From Antedon mediterranea (Eukaryota > Animalia > Echinodermata), in assembly GCF_964355755.1 (NCBI RefSeq), contig NC_092674.1, positions 19,654,001-19,718,000 of the forward strand: a DNA stretch of 64,000 nt. Direction: 5' to 3'. Position numbers and translations under genes: made by a program. The notes below the pieces were generated by a model that searched no databases, was not told the origin of the DNA, and saw only the letters and a list, made by a program, of their open reading frames with translations. Positions 1-12,200 of this stretch are shown here, in pieces (position 1 is the first letter of the stretch; every line of letters starts with the position of its first letter).

Positions 1-3000
1 AATGAATATTTTTTAACGTCATTTTCAGCCACGTTTGCTTCACATCAATAGTTAACTTTTTTAACGCTATCGCAATTTGTAACATTAGAAAGTGCGCGCG
101 TAAATGGCGTTTGAAATTTTAAAATGCTTCAAATCAATTTCTGATTAAATTAGAGCACGATTCAGGTCATTTTAAGCGTTTAAAAAATTGCCACTGGTGC
201 GCACATTTTTACGCGCGCACGGCACAGGGAACAGGTATGAGCATTTCTTTTACACGATTTGTGTTTTTAAATCTTCTGTTAACAATTTTACGTTATTTTA
301 TTCACTTTTCAACTTGAAATGGCGTTCTACGAGCACGTTAAACATGACAGGTTGCGCACGAAAACGTCAACAAATTGTGAAAATGTTCCAAAATATGTCT
401 ACTTTTAAAAATGACACAGTTCATCAGAATGCAAGGTTACCCCCATTTTTTATTTTAATTTCTTGCAGTGTATGAATCATAGGTCTGATTTATTATAGTG
501 TTGAATGCTAAAACGTGTTTGATGGCTACATTATTTGCATATTAAATATAATTTTTGAAATATTTATCATCAAACAAACATAAACTTATTCAAAGAGCAA
601 AACAATAAACATAACATTTATCTTTTTTCTTTACATGTTAATATATAAAACTTGAAAGTATGTACTTTCATAAAATATCAGCGTTTAAAATTTTTGAAGA
701 TTTCATCATAGTAAAATTTATGATTTAAGTTTGATATGTAATAATCAACTTGCATCGAGGGGGTTCACGACATACCGAATGAACGAGGACTCTTTCTTCG
801 GATTTTCGTCAGCAGGTGGTCATATGGCTCGATGTGTAATGCAACCGACTTTGGTATCAGAGGTACCGGGTTCGAGTCCCGTCACGGGAAAACAATTAAT
901 TAAAAGGGTTTAGTTGGTTATTACACTGAGAGGGCAGTTTTAATTTTGAATAGCCTACTTTTTTTGGAAAAGTCATAACTTGGAAGTACTTGAATACGCA
1001 AGATACGCTTTGTTGCTGGCGGATAACCAAACTCGTCCTCAAGTGACGAGTTTAAGTTCTAGTTTATTTATTCTTTCCTTAGCACTATTTTGTCCGTGAA
1101 TTATCTTGATATCAGTTTCATCTATTTAAGTCAATTTTTCAGAGTATATTCCTTATGGCCAGGAATCGATGTGGTTATATTTTCACGATGCGTAATCAAA
1201 AATTACGCGGTCTACGCGCGATTTTACGAAATCACGTTTGTAATCATATCTTCACAAGCATGAATCACAATTAAACAAAATTTGGTACTCATAAATTTCA
1301 GGTCATATTTCATCATATGGCAATACAATTACGTGCGTAGCGCAAATAACGCTTGCGTACGCGCGCTTAAAATGTTCAAAATTGTCAAAATTTATTTTCG
1401 ATGAAATTAGAGTACGTTTCAGGCAATTTTAAGCGTTTAAAAAATTGCCATGAGTGCGCAGATTTTTGCACGCGCACTGCGCGTTATACGTTAATGCGCA
1501 CTCTTTTTGTCCGATTTCGGTTGTACAACCTTTCTTTAATAATATCATCATATTTTATTCACTTTTCAACGCGTAATTGCCTTATACGAGCACGTCAAAA
1601 GTGACAGGCTACGCACGTGTAAGTTAACAAAATGGTGAAAATATGCTAAATTTTAAAATTAATATAGATCGTCAGAATGCTCGGGAACACATATTTTTTA
1701 TTTCATTTTCTTGAAGTGTATGTATCTTATGTATGATTTATTATTAAACTAAGAGAACAAAAGTTGATTAAGCCATAATTAATTGCATATTAAATTAAAA
1801 AAAATTCATTTCGACAATCAAACAAATTATGACATTTTCTTAGGCCAAAATAACAAACTTAACATTAACTTTCTTCCTCCAAAAGTTCATATATTAAAGT
1901 TAAAAGTATATAGTTTGACAGTGCATCATTTTTGTACATTTTTAGAGATGTCATCATAGTAAAAAATTATAATTCATTGCGGTATGTAATAATCTATCTG
2001 CACCAAAGTGGTTACTGCATAGTAAATACACGGAGGAATTTTTCTACAATTTTTAGACAGTTGTGTATGGCTAGGTGGTGTGTGCTCGTGTCTATGGCAC
2101 TCAAGGTACCGAGATCGAGTCTCACCTTTGGAAACGAAATAAGATTTTTTTTTTATTATTCGTATTGTTTGTTCAAATTTATTTCTTAGTGTATATATTA
2201 TACACATGATTTATAATGAAATCTAGATAAAAAATAACTTATGTCTTTATTATTATGTAACAGCAAATGTGGTTTATGACATTATACGCAGAGGGATCTT
2301 TGATCGGATTGTGATACCGGCTATTGTATTCGCGTTAGCAAGGTCCTATCATATATTATAAATAATTAAAGAATCTGAGAAAATCAATGAATCAAAATAT
2401 CTTTTAAAAATCAATTATCTTTATTAAAATCAATGCATATAACCTATAATTCGTCATAGTGACGAATTAAATCTAGTTTTATTATTCTTCTTTCTTTCTC
2501 CGATTTTGTGTACGCGTTTTCTCTTGAACGTGTTAACATAACATTTTGTAACTTGGTCAACATATAGACAATTAACTGAAGATGTACTGCGAAGCTTTTT
2601 GACAATGTCAGATCCGCGTAGCGTAAGTTACGCGCGATTTTCTGAAAATCTTAAATCGGTCATAACTTCGAAACCGATAAATATTTTTTAACGAAATTTT
2701 CAGCCACGTTTTCTTCACATCAATGGCTAACTTTTTCGCTCTTCAGCAAATTTTTGAACACTAGAAAGTCTGCGCGTAAACTGCGTTTGAAATTTTAAAA
2801 TGCTCCTAATTTGTGCACGCTGTTTCTCTGTAACGCGTTAACATAACATTTTGTAACTTGTTCAACATATAGACATTTTACTGAAGTTGTCCAGCCAAGC
2901 TTTTTGACGATGTCAGAGCCGCGTAGCGTAAGTTACGCGTGATTTTCTGAAAATCTTAAATTGGTTATAACTTCGAAACAAATGAATATTTTTTAACGTC

Positions 3001-4229
3001 ATTTTCAGCCACGTTTGCTTCACATCAATAGTTAACTTTTTTAACGCTATCGCAATTTGTAACATTAGAAAGTGCGCGCGTAAATGGCGTTTGAAATTTT
3101 AAAATGCTTCAAATCAATTTCTGATTAAATTAGAGCACGATTCAGGTCATTTTAAGCGTTTAAAAAATTGCCACTGGTGCGCACATTTTTACGCGCGCAC
3201 GGCGCAGGGAACAGGTATGAGCATTTCTTTTACACGATTTGTGTTTTTAAATCTTCTGTTAACAATTTTACGTTATTTTATTCACTTTTCAACTTGAAAT
3301 GGCGTTCTACGAGCACGTTAAACATGACAGGTTGCGCACGAAAACGTCAACAAATTGTGAAAATGTTCCAAAATATGTCTACTTTTAAAAATGACACAGT
3401 TCATCAGAATGCAAGGTTACCCCCATTTTTTATTTTAATTTCTTGCAGTGTATGAATCATAGGTCTGATTTATTATAGTGTTGAATGCTAAAACGTGTTT
3501 GATGGCTACATTATTTGCATATTAAATATAATTTTTGAAATATTTATCATCAAACAAACATAAACTTATTCAAAGAGCAAAACAATAAACATAACATTTA
3601 TCTTTTTTCTTTACATGTTAATATATAAAACTTGAAAGTATGTACTTTCATAAAATATCAGCGTTTAAAATTTTTGAAGATTTCATCATAGTAAAATTTA
3701 TGATTTAAGTTTGATATGTAATAATCAACTTGCATCGAGGGGGTTCACGACATACCGAATGAACGAGGACTCTTTCTTCGGATTTTCGTCAGCAGGTGGT
3801 CATATGGCTCGATGTGTAATGCAACCGACTTTGGTATCAGAGGTACCGGGTTCGAGTCCCGTCACGGGAAAACAATTAATTAAAAGGGTTTAGTTGGTTA
3901 TTACACTGAGAGGGCAGTTTTAATTTTGAATAGCCTACTTTTTTTGGAAAAGTCATAACTTGGAAGTACTTGAATACGCAAGATACGCTTTGTTGCTGGC
4001 GGATAACCAAACTCGTCCTCAAGTGACGAGTTTAAGTTCTAGATATGGATCTTTGATCGGATTGTGATACCGGCTATGGTGGTCGCGTTAGCAAGGTCCT
4101 ATCATATATTATAAATAATTAAAGATTCTGAGAAAATCAATCAATCAATATATCTTTTAAAAATCAATTATCTTTATTTAAATCAATGCATATAACCTAT
4201 AATTCGTCATAGTGACGAATTAAATCTAG
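1..4229 (+). mobile_element. Tandem/nested array of non-autonomous Helentron (HINE)-like units, 2980-bp period
   Basis: 1-1062 recurs almost exactly at 2981-4042. Units end in hairpin + CTAG: GCGGATAACC-AAACTCGTC..GACGAGTTT-AAGTTCTAG (1019-1062, 3999-4042) and AATTCGTCA-TAG-TGACGAATT-AAATCTAG (2448-2476, 4201-4229). No coding capacity. Confidence 0.7.
818..889 (+). pseudogene. Degenerate tRNA-like (A-box/B-box) segment inside Helentron unit
   Basis: A-box-like TGGCTCGATGTG (825) and B-box GGTTCGAGTCC (869) with T-stem CGGG/CCCG; acceptor stem broken. Identical copy at 3798-3869; a more decayed one lies at ~2061-2135. Confidence 0.5.
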
Positions 4230-4301
4230 TTTGTTAATTAATTTGTTTAATTAGGAAGCCACAATGTGTGACACACACCACAGCGCTATGTAGTTAAATG
4301 C

Positions 4302-4376
4302 GGCTTGTTGGCGTAGTGGTTATCACGTTTACTTAAAAACACGCAGAAGGTACCTGGTTCGAGCCCGGGCGAAACC
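4302..4376 (+). pseudogene. tRNA-Val-derived pseudogene
   Basis: TGGCGTAGTGGTTATCACG...CACGCAGAAGGTACCTGGTTCGAGCCCGGGCGAAACC then T-run; inverted relative of 7372-7443; anticodon loop disrupted. Confidence 0.65.
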
Positions 4377-4410
4377 TTTTTTTTTTAACTTTATGGTGAA
4401 AAGTAGTGTA

Positions 4411-6404
4411 TAAGATAAGATAAGATAAGATAAGATAACTTTTATTGATCCTCAAAAAGGAAATTCATTGCTCATCATAATAACAAAGAACACACAATAA
4501 AAACAAATATAGCATAAAACCATTCTTATAAAAACATCTAAAAAATTACGAGATAAAACTAGATTTGAACTCGTCACTTTGACGAGTTCGGGTTATCCGC
4601 GCAAACGCAACATGCACATACCTTAAACTATATGAACTTCGACAATTGTTATGCCATCCTGTGACATAAATTAAGTATGTTTACAGTGTTGAATTGTACC
4701 TATTTTGTAGCATACAGCATATTACAGTATTTACAGAATACATTGTATGTTATATACAGTGTAGCATAGACGAAATTACGAGACCCATCTTTTAAATCCA
4801 ATTATTGACACGATGACGTCATCAAATTGACATATAAAGATATTTTATATTAAGATAATTATCTAAATAATTACATTAATACAAATTTGAGGAATTTTGG
4901 GCACGTAAAAGAGAGATGCGCTCTCGATTAAACGCAATGAACTTTTACGCAAGAGATGAAAATATGACCTTTTGAATTCAACTGCCCATATAATGACGTC
5001 ACAACATCTGATTGGCAAAATATTTACATGAATTTGTATCTACAATCCAATAGCTTCCAGAAAACGTTTTAATCATGGTTATCACTTTTTATTCTGACGA
5101 TCTATAACAGATTGAAACTTACTGTAAAGATGAAAATAGGTGAACGACGTTATTTACATTTTTAGACATGGTGACGTCATAAAAATTAAAATATTTTTAA
5201 CTCATGCAAAAGATAGTTGATTGACCTAGACAGTATTAAAATATATGAGGAAATGGAATACGTATAAGCGATATGCGCTCTATTTAATGTAATGAGCAAT
5301 AGCGAAACAGTCAAAAATCCAATATTTTACATTCGTGTGGCCATACGATGACGTCATAACATCCAAGGGGTAAAGATTCTGCATGAATTCATATCTACAA
5401 CATATCTGCTTACATATTAAATTAAAAAAATTGGGGGTAACGGTTGATCCTGAGGAGCTATAATAGATTCAAAGTAGGCATATTTTTGACAATATTTTGT
5501 CACTTTTGCAACTAAAACGCACGCAAATTGTCTAAATCAACGTGTTCGTATGACGTCATTTTAATTTGAAATGATGTCAATCTTTTTTAAAATGACTAGC
5601 AAAGGCTGGAAAATTACAATTCAAGAGAAAAAAACATGATTTTCGTACTCCGTGCGCACCATACGCGTCAATTTTTTCGCGCGCGCGGGAATTTTTGACA
5701 TGCTTAAAATGTCATGATCAGCGTAGAAAGTTGATTAGAAATTAATTTTGCGCATTTTTAAATTTTAAATGCGCGTGCGCGCGTAACTTCTTGTAAAACA
5801 TGCCATTTTTAATCCATAGAAAGTTTGCCCAAGATATGACTTAAATTTTCACCAAGTGTCAATACAAAATAACTTTTGGTTTATAATCTATGATCAATCA
5901 TTGAAATTCATAAAATCGCGCGTAACTTACGCTGCGCGACTCTAACGTCATATAACGAAGTTTCTTGCACATCTACACATACAGGTCAATCTTTTGACAA
6001 AGTTATACAATCTTATGTTCACAAGTAATAGAGATATGCTGGTCACAAAAATCAGGGAAAGAAAGAAGAACAAAGATGATGAAAAAAAAAGATATTTACA
6101 ATCACATGGGTTATCCTGCAACTAAGTTGCGGATAACCAATTATCTTCTTGACTTCCTGTTGTACTAGATGATACCGGAGGGAATAAAGGATTTAGCAAA
6201 TCGATTTGTTTTCACACTGAGGAGCCTCAATCTACCACTTGGATTAAGTTGGTCTATGATTACTTTGTGGAGAGGATGAGAGGCATCCGACTCAATGCGA
6301 TCGAAATCTTTCTGGAGGTGTTCTAGGTGCACATCGGTAAAGGAAGGCAGTTCCAGACCAATCATTTTACCAGCCCGACGGATGAAAGTTTCAAGGCGTC
6401 CTTT
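4411..6404 (-). mobile_element. 5'-truncated Rex1/Babar-like LINE 3' fragment, split by a nested Helentron
   Basis: ORF 6165-6410(-) reads HPLH..SGRLR..KTNRFAKSFIP (RT C-terminus); 3' end GGATCAATAAAAG + (TCTTA)n tail at 4411-4460. Flanks rejoin to match the uninterrupted copy near 7335. Confidence 0.65.
4559..6140 (-). mobile_element. Complete non-autonomous Helentron/Helitron2 (HINE)
   Basis: On - strand: 5' ATIR GGTTATCCGC folding into a hairpin (6108-6138); 3' ATIR GCGGATAACC followed by GAACTCGTCA-AAG-TGACGAGTTC hairpin and CTAG (4559-4600). Body homologous to units at 1-4229 and 27045-28255. Confidence 0.75.
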
Positions 6405-7092
6405 ACGCAATATGATAATTATACACAGTATATCTTATTTTTATTATTTTTTTAAATATTTATTTTGTGTAATCGGTAAATACTCTTCCCTTTCGTTGTA
6501 GTATTGAGCTCGGATTTAGCATGAATATACTACAGGGACATGTCCTCAAAGCTATAGAGCCGGATTTTTTAATTTCATACCGGATGCAGCCATATCACGT
6601 CTCGAAGATGGTACCGTATAGCCGTATTTGGTAGCGCGGTTATTGATGTGTATGTTACGTTACATCCGGTCTTTACGTCATTACAGCTTCTTTCGCTGTA
6701 CCCCGAGTATTGCACATTCGTGCTTGTTAAATAATATTGTGTATATGTAAATCAATGATGTTGCGTAGCACTGTGTAAATTATATATAAATCATACTGTA
6801 AATTATAGAAACAGTGGTCATATTCGGAATATTCGGTTTGAATCCCGCCAGAGACATTTTTCATACAACTATAAAAAAAAATACGGAACTTTCGCCAATG
6901 AGCTATGCTCGACGCGATTATGACTGTTTCTATAATTTACAGTATGATTTATATATAATTTACAAAGTGCTACGCAACATCATTGATTTACATATACACA
7001 ATATTATTTTAACAAGCACGAATGTGCAATACTCGGGGTACAGCGAAAGAAGCTGTATACAGACGTATACAGTTAGAAAGTAAAGAAAAATA

Positions 7093-7163
7093 GGTTTCGC
7101 CAGGGCTCGAACCGGGACCTTCTGCGTGTTAAGCAGACTTGACAACCACTACACTACGAAACC
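7093..7163 (-). tRNA. tRNA-Val(AAC)-like gene or pseudogene
   Basis: Perfect acceptor stem GGTTTCG/CGAAACC, anticodon arm TCTGC-TTAACAC-GCAGA, A and B boxes, T5 terminator. One D-stem and one T-stem mismatch. Confidence 0.55.
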
Positions 7164-7371
7164 TCTTACATTAAAAATGTGGGTTACAGTTTTTTAATCC
7201 ATTTAAATTACGAATAAATGGTAATAAGCACAAAGAAAAATAAACATGTGTAAAAGTGATAATTACCGATTACACAAAATAAGTATTTTAAAAAATAATA
7301 AAAATAAGATATACTCTGTATAATTATCATATTGCGTATACAGTACTTTTCACCATAAAGTTTAAAAAAAA

Positions 7372-7443
7372 GGTTTCGTCCGGGCTCGAACCAGGTACCT
7401 TCTGCGTGTTAAGCAAACGTGATAACCACTACGCCAAGAATCC
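7372..7443 (-). pseudogene. tRNA-Val(AAC)-like pseudogene
   Basis: TGGCGTAGTGGTTATCACG-TTTGC-TTAACAC-GCAGA-AGGTACCTGGTTCGAGCCCGG; acceptor stem mismatched; T8 terminator follows. Confidence 0.6.
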
Positions 7444-7718
7444 GCATATAACCATATAACTACATAACGCTGTGGTGTGTGTCACACATTGTGGCTTCTT
7501 AATTAAACAAATTAATTAACAAAAAATTAAAAATCCGGCTCTATAGCTTTGAGGACATGTCCCTGTAGTATGTTCATGCCAAATCCCAGCTCAATACTAT
7601 AACGAATAAGGGAGGAGTAGTACTTTAAAAATCGCACTTTTTACTCAATAGTGTCCAGATGGAGAAAGAGGAGAAAATGAGTAAGTCCTAGACTCGGGTA
7701 CCCCGAGGTACCCCGAGT

Positions 7719-8410
7719 AAAAACCGTTGCGAATTAAAGTTGGAATTTATTCTGACTTGTTAAGCCTCCACTGATTGTGAGGGCGTTTGTTGTATGAGAG
7801 AATGTATCTGGTGGGTGAAAATCTGTGATGATACCATACATGGCTCTGTGGTCTAGTGGTATGATACTCGCCCTGTAAGCGAGTGGTTGCAGGTTCGAAT
7901 CCCGCCAGAGACATTTTTTCATACAACTAAAAAAAAATACGGAACTTTCGCCAATGAGCTATGCTCAACGCGATTATGAGATCATGTTCCGAATATGAGC
8001 ACTGTTTCTATAATTTACAGTATGATTTATATATAATTTACACAGTGCTACGCAATATCATTGATTTACATATACACAATATTATTTTAAAAACCGTTGT
8101 GAATTAAAGTTGGAATTTATTCTGACTTGTTAAGCCTCCACTGATTGTGAGGGCGTTTGTTGTATGAGAGAATGTATCTGGTGGGTGAAAATCTGTGATA
8201 CATACATGGCTCTGTGGTCTAGTGGTATGATACTCGCTCTGTAAGCGAGAGGTTGCAGGTTCGAATCATTTTTTAATACAACTAAAAAAAAATACGGAAC
8301 TTTCGCCAATGAGCTATGCCCGACGCGATTATGAGATCATGTTCCGAATATGAGCACTGTTTCTATAATTTACAGTATGATTTGTTTCTATAATTTACAG
8401 TATGATTTAT
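7719..8410 (+). repeat. ~370-bp tandem repeat with a tRNA-like head
   Basis: 7719-8089 repeated at 8089-8410; partial third unit at 6835-7010. tRNA-like segments at 7842-7912 and 8208-8267 (Pro-like D/anticodon stems CTCGC/GCGAG, TGT in loop), each followed by a T6 run. Confidence 0.75.
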
Positions 8411-9133
8411 ATATATATATAATATATATATAAAGTCAAATTACTGAAAAATTGACAATGATGTGGATATCAGTGGCTGGATCACAATGGAGATACACAA
8501 ACAAATAAGCGAAAGCCTAAATCAAAACGATAAAGTAAAACAGCCAGAAATATTAGCAGAGCTTTCAGGCAACAACATCCCTTCATCAGTGCACTATTGT
8601 ACGCAATAATAATGCTAATCATAATATCACACGATATATTGTATTGTATTGTATTGTATTGCATATTGTATAAATATTGTTGGAAAGTTTCCAAACTTGC
8701 AAATAACTATTCATTATTATTCGTTATATAGAGGTATTGGTATGGAGATTTTTCCGTGATATTGTCGTAATATTTTACCTGGAAACCCATATTGTACCCA
8801 GACAGTTGGTCATTTACTTCAAAACATATTTTGAAGACGAATTCTTACAAAAGTGATGCTATTCATTTGCTACCTTATTGTATAACTACCTTTTACCTAC
8901 TGTAATAAACATATTTAGTGACGTAAATAACGCAAGTAATATGTATAAAAATACCATTAATAAAATCATTCTTCACACTTAAATGATTTATTATACCGTT
9001 TCCAAAAACGTGAATTCTTGCATATGTCACATGTCTATCATTTTGGTTTTATATATTTTGCCACATATTGTTGTTGTAATACCTACCTGGAAACATAATA
9101 AAACGCCATTCGCTCTACTAAAAGACGAATTGT

Positions 9134-9141
9134 TATAAAAG
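9134..9141 (+). promoter_or_regulatory. Candidate TATA box of the poly-EGF gene
   Basis: TATAAAAG ~80 bp upstream of the ATG of a hydrophobic first exon that ends in a phase-1 GTAAGT donor. Confidence 0.4.
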
Positions 9142-9215
9142 GAGCCATTACTCTAGTATCGTACACATTGATAAGTTTGATTCTCTTGATAAGTGACCTA
9201 CAACTTACAAACAAG

Positions 9216-12200
9216 ATGTTACTCCTCAAGAACAGGATGTTCTTTCTTTTTGTAGTTATCAGAGTTGCTCATGTCCGAACATTTCCTCAAACTCAACGTA
9301 AGTTTTGTGTATTTATTTTCTATTATGATAACATACTTTTCAAGACTAAGAATAGTTATGTCGTTATTACGATGTTTTGTGTTCAGCTTATTTGCAATAG
9401 TGCCAATTACAATATCAATAGGAGGTGATCTATGGTATCACACATGGAGATGAGGCACACTCGTTGATATCTGAAACAATGCCTTATACATGGCTGCAGT
9501 CGCGTGCTCAAGTTAGTGTTTACCGACCAACCGACCGAAATTCTAAGCTTTAGATTCGCGATTTGCACGCGACTAAAAAACAGCACCAAGGGGTTATGCG
9601 CACTCATTTGTGTCAAATAATGAAAACATTGAAAATGTTTAGTGAATGAGTGGCCGAGCGGTTAAGACAATGGAACCGTAATTACGTAGCCATAACATCA
9701 GCAAGTGTTCGAGGCTCACTTGCTCCATGGTTCTGGTGATAGAACGAGTCTTCTTGGAGGACTATAAACCGTAGGTCCAGTGTACACATACTTTAAAGTA
9801 CCTAGTACCAGACGAGTAAGGGGTTACCCGGGTGTACTAGAATATCACAGCCACTGATCATAATTGGGCCCTCTGTGTTAATTCAATTCAATCATGTGCG
9901 ACTATACTCAAATAAGATTCTGTACAGTATAGCAAGATCATGAAGGCTTGTGACTTCGCCAGTTTACCACTACAGTAGTGGCGTAACAGGCGGGGGGGGG
10001 GGAGGGGGCGGAATACCCCCCGGATTTTACCGGGTTGAGAAGCGTTCGATCGGGCTGGGTAACAAGTAAAAAAAATTAAATAAAACTCACTTTGACGAAT
10101 TATAGGTGATCATTTTTATCATTTTATTGACATTAACATTTTTTAAACATGCACGTATGTTAACATACAATGAAAAAATGTTGATGTATGCCATCCTATT
10201 ATACGCTATAGTGCTGAGTTGTGCCTATTATATGCCATATACATTATGTACTGTATATACTTTTTTTTCAATTCAAATAAACATTTATTTCTTTCATTCA
10301 TATTTGAGTAAAAAATATTATAATTTCTGATATTTTATAAATAAATATTTTTTTTTTAGAGATGTAATACAGTAAATCATAATGTATAAAAAGATAATTC
10401 AGTTATATACAAAATGAAAGAGGCAAAAAAACCCAAGAAAGTATCGATCAATTGGAAACAAAAATCCAATTGAAACTTGTATGTTGGGAAGCCATGTAAG
10501 AAGATTATATACTTATATATATAAATGTAAACATATAACTACACATACACATATAGATCAACAGACACACACACACACACCAACAGTAAAGGAAGCAATT
10601 TCGAAAAAGTTTCTAAAGTTAAAAAAATATTACAAAATAGAGAAAACAATTAGTTATAATTTGAAATAAGATATTCTTTAAGTTTAAAAGAGAACATTTT
10701 GCTAGAAGACGATGATGAAATTTCGGGAGGTAGATTATTGAATAGTTTAGAACCACTATAGCGAATGTTATGTTTCATTTTAGTTAGTTTAGGTTGAGGA
10801 AGATGAAGGTCCCGTGATGCTCTTGTGTTATACGAATGGATTTCAGAGTTAGTTAAAAAATTATAGGAAAAGTTAGAAGGCAGTTTGGAATTAATATGTT
10901 CATAAACGAAAATGCATTGTTGGAGTTTATTAATATCGTGCACAGTTAAGAGTTTAAGGTTATAAAAAAGGATATTAGTATGAGCAAGACGTGAGTTAAC
11001 CGAGATAAGACGAACAGCTTTCTTTTGAAGGACGTGTATTTTATTAAGATTTGAAGGGTAATTTTTGGCCCATACAATGTTACAGTAACTAATAAAAGGC
11101 AGAATAAAGGAACAGTAAATATTGCGTAAAATTTGAGACGGTAAAAAGGAAGAAAGACGATAAAGTATGCCAATGTTTTTAGAAATTTTTAATTCAATTT
11201 CTTTTATATGATTTTTAAAATTTAGCTCTTGGTCAATTAAAACACCTAAAAATTTGGTTTGCTTAACATGGAGAATTACTTGATCACCAATCAGAATTTT
11301 ATGAGACTCGTCGGTCAGTTTTTGATGACGTATTCCAAACAACATAAAGTTGCATTTACTTAGGTTTATTGAAAGTTTATTCACATTAAAATAATCATTA
11401 ATATTAATTAATTCTTGGTTAAAAGTATGAAAAATTGATTGAAAGTTAACACTTTTATAAAATAAAGTCGTGTCATCTGCATAAAAATAAAAGGTAAGGA
11501 TATCTGAGGCGTTTGGTAAATCATTGATGTAAATTAGAAATAAAAGAGGGCCAAGCAAGGACCCTTGGGGAACACCACAGGTAATGGGCTTAAGATCAGA
11601 GGTATGATTGTTAACAGAAGTACATTGAAATCTATTTGATAAGTAATTGTTTAAAAGTTTAAGAGCAACACCACGGATACCATAATTTGAAAGTTTAATA
11701 ATCAGAATATGATGGTCAATAGTATCAAAAGGTATATCTATATACAGTGTAGCATTAGTGAAATTACAGACACACATATCCATCATGTTCTCATTTTTGG
11801 CACTGATGACATTATCAAAATAAACTTGTGGATAACAATATCGAAAGATAACGAATTGAGCAATAAAATATAACAATTGGAAGAAAATTTTGCACGTAGA
11901 AGCGCGGTGCGCGCTCTTTAAAATTTGTATGACTTTGACGAAAGAGATGAACAAATTGCTTTTTAACTTTAACTGGCCATATGATAACGTCACAAGATTC
12001 GATAGGCTTAATTTTTATATAAATTCATATCTACATTTAACCAGCTCTCATAATAAGTTATAATCATCAAGGTCAACTTTAATTCTGAATAGGTGTAAGG
12101 TATTCAAATATACATTGTAGGTGAAATTACGTAACCACCGTTATTCACATTTTAAGACGTGATGACGTCTTCAAAATGAAAATATTGGCAACTCATGAGT

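Larger units (their letters stand above)
7012..7719 (-). mobile_element. Complete ~710-bp HINE carrying two tRNA-Val-like cassettes
   Basis: 5' ATIR/hairpin ACTCGGGGTACC..GGTACCCGAGT (7692-7718); 3' ATIR at 7031-7041, GCAC/GTGC hairpin and CTTGTT end. The empty site TTTTAA|AAACCG is visible at 8085-8096. Confidence 0.7.

Noticed and set aside
188-3893. Duplicated 95-aa and 60-aa ORFs
   Set aside because: Non-ATG starts, no motifs; they recur only because the repeat is duplicated.
10650-11993. 447-aa ORF as a novel RT fusion protein
   Set aside because: The N-terminal ~85 aa is chance read-through of Helentron DNA (same peptide at 13369-13593) into a truncated LINE.
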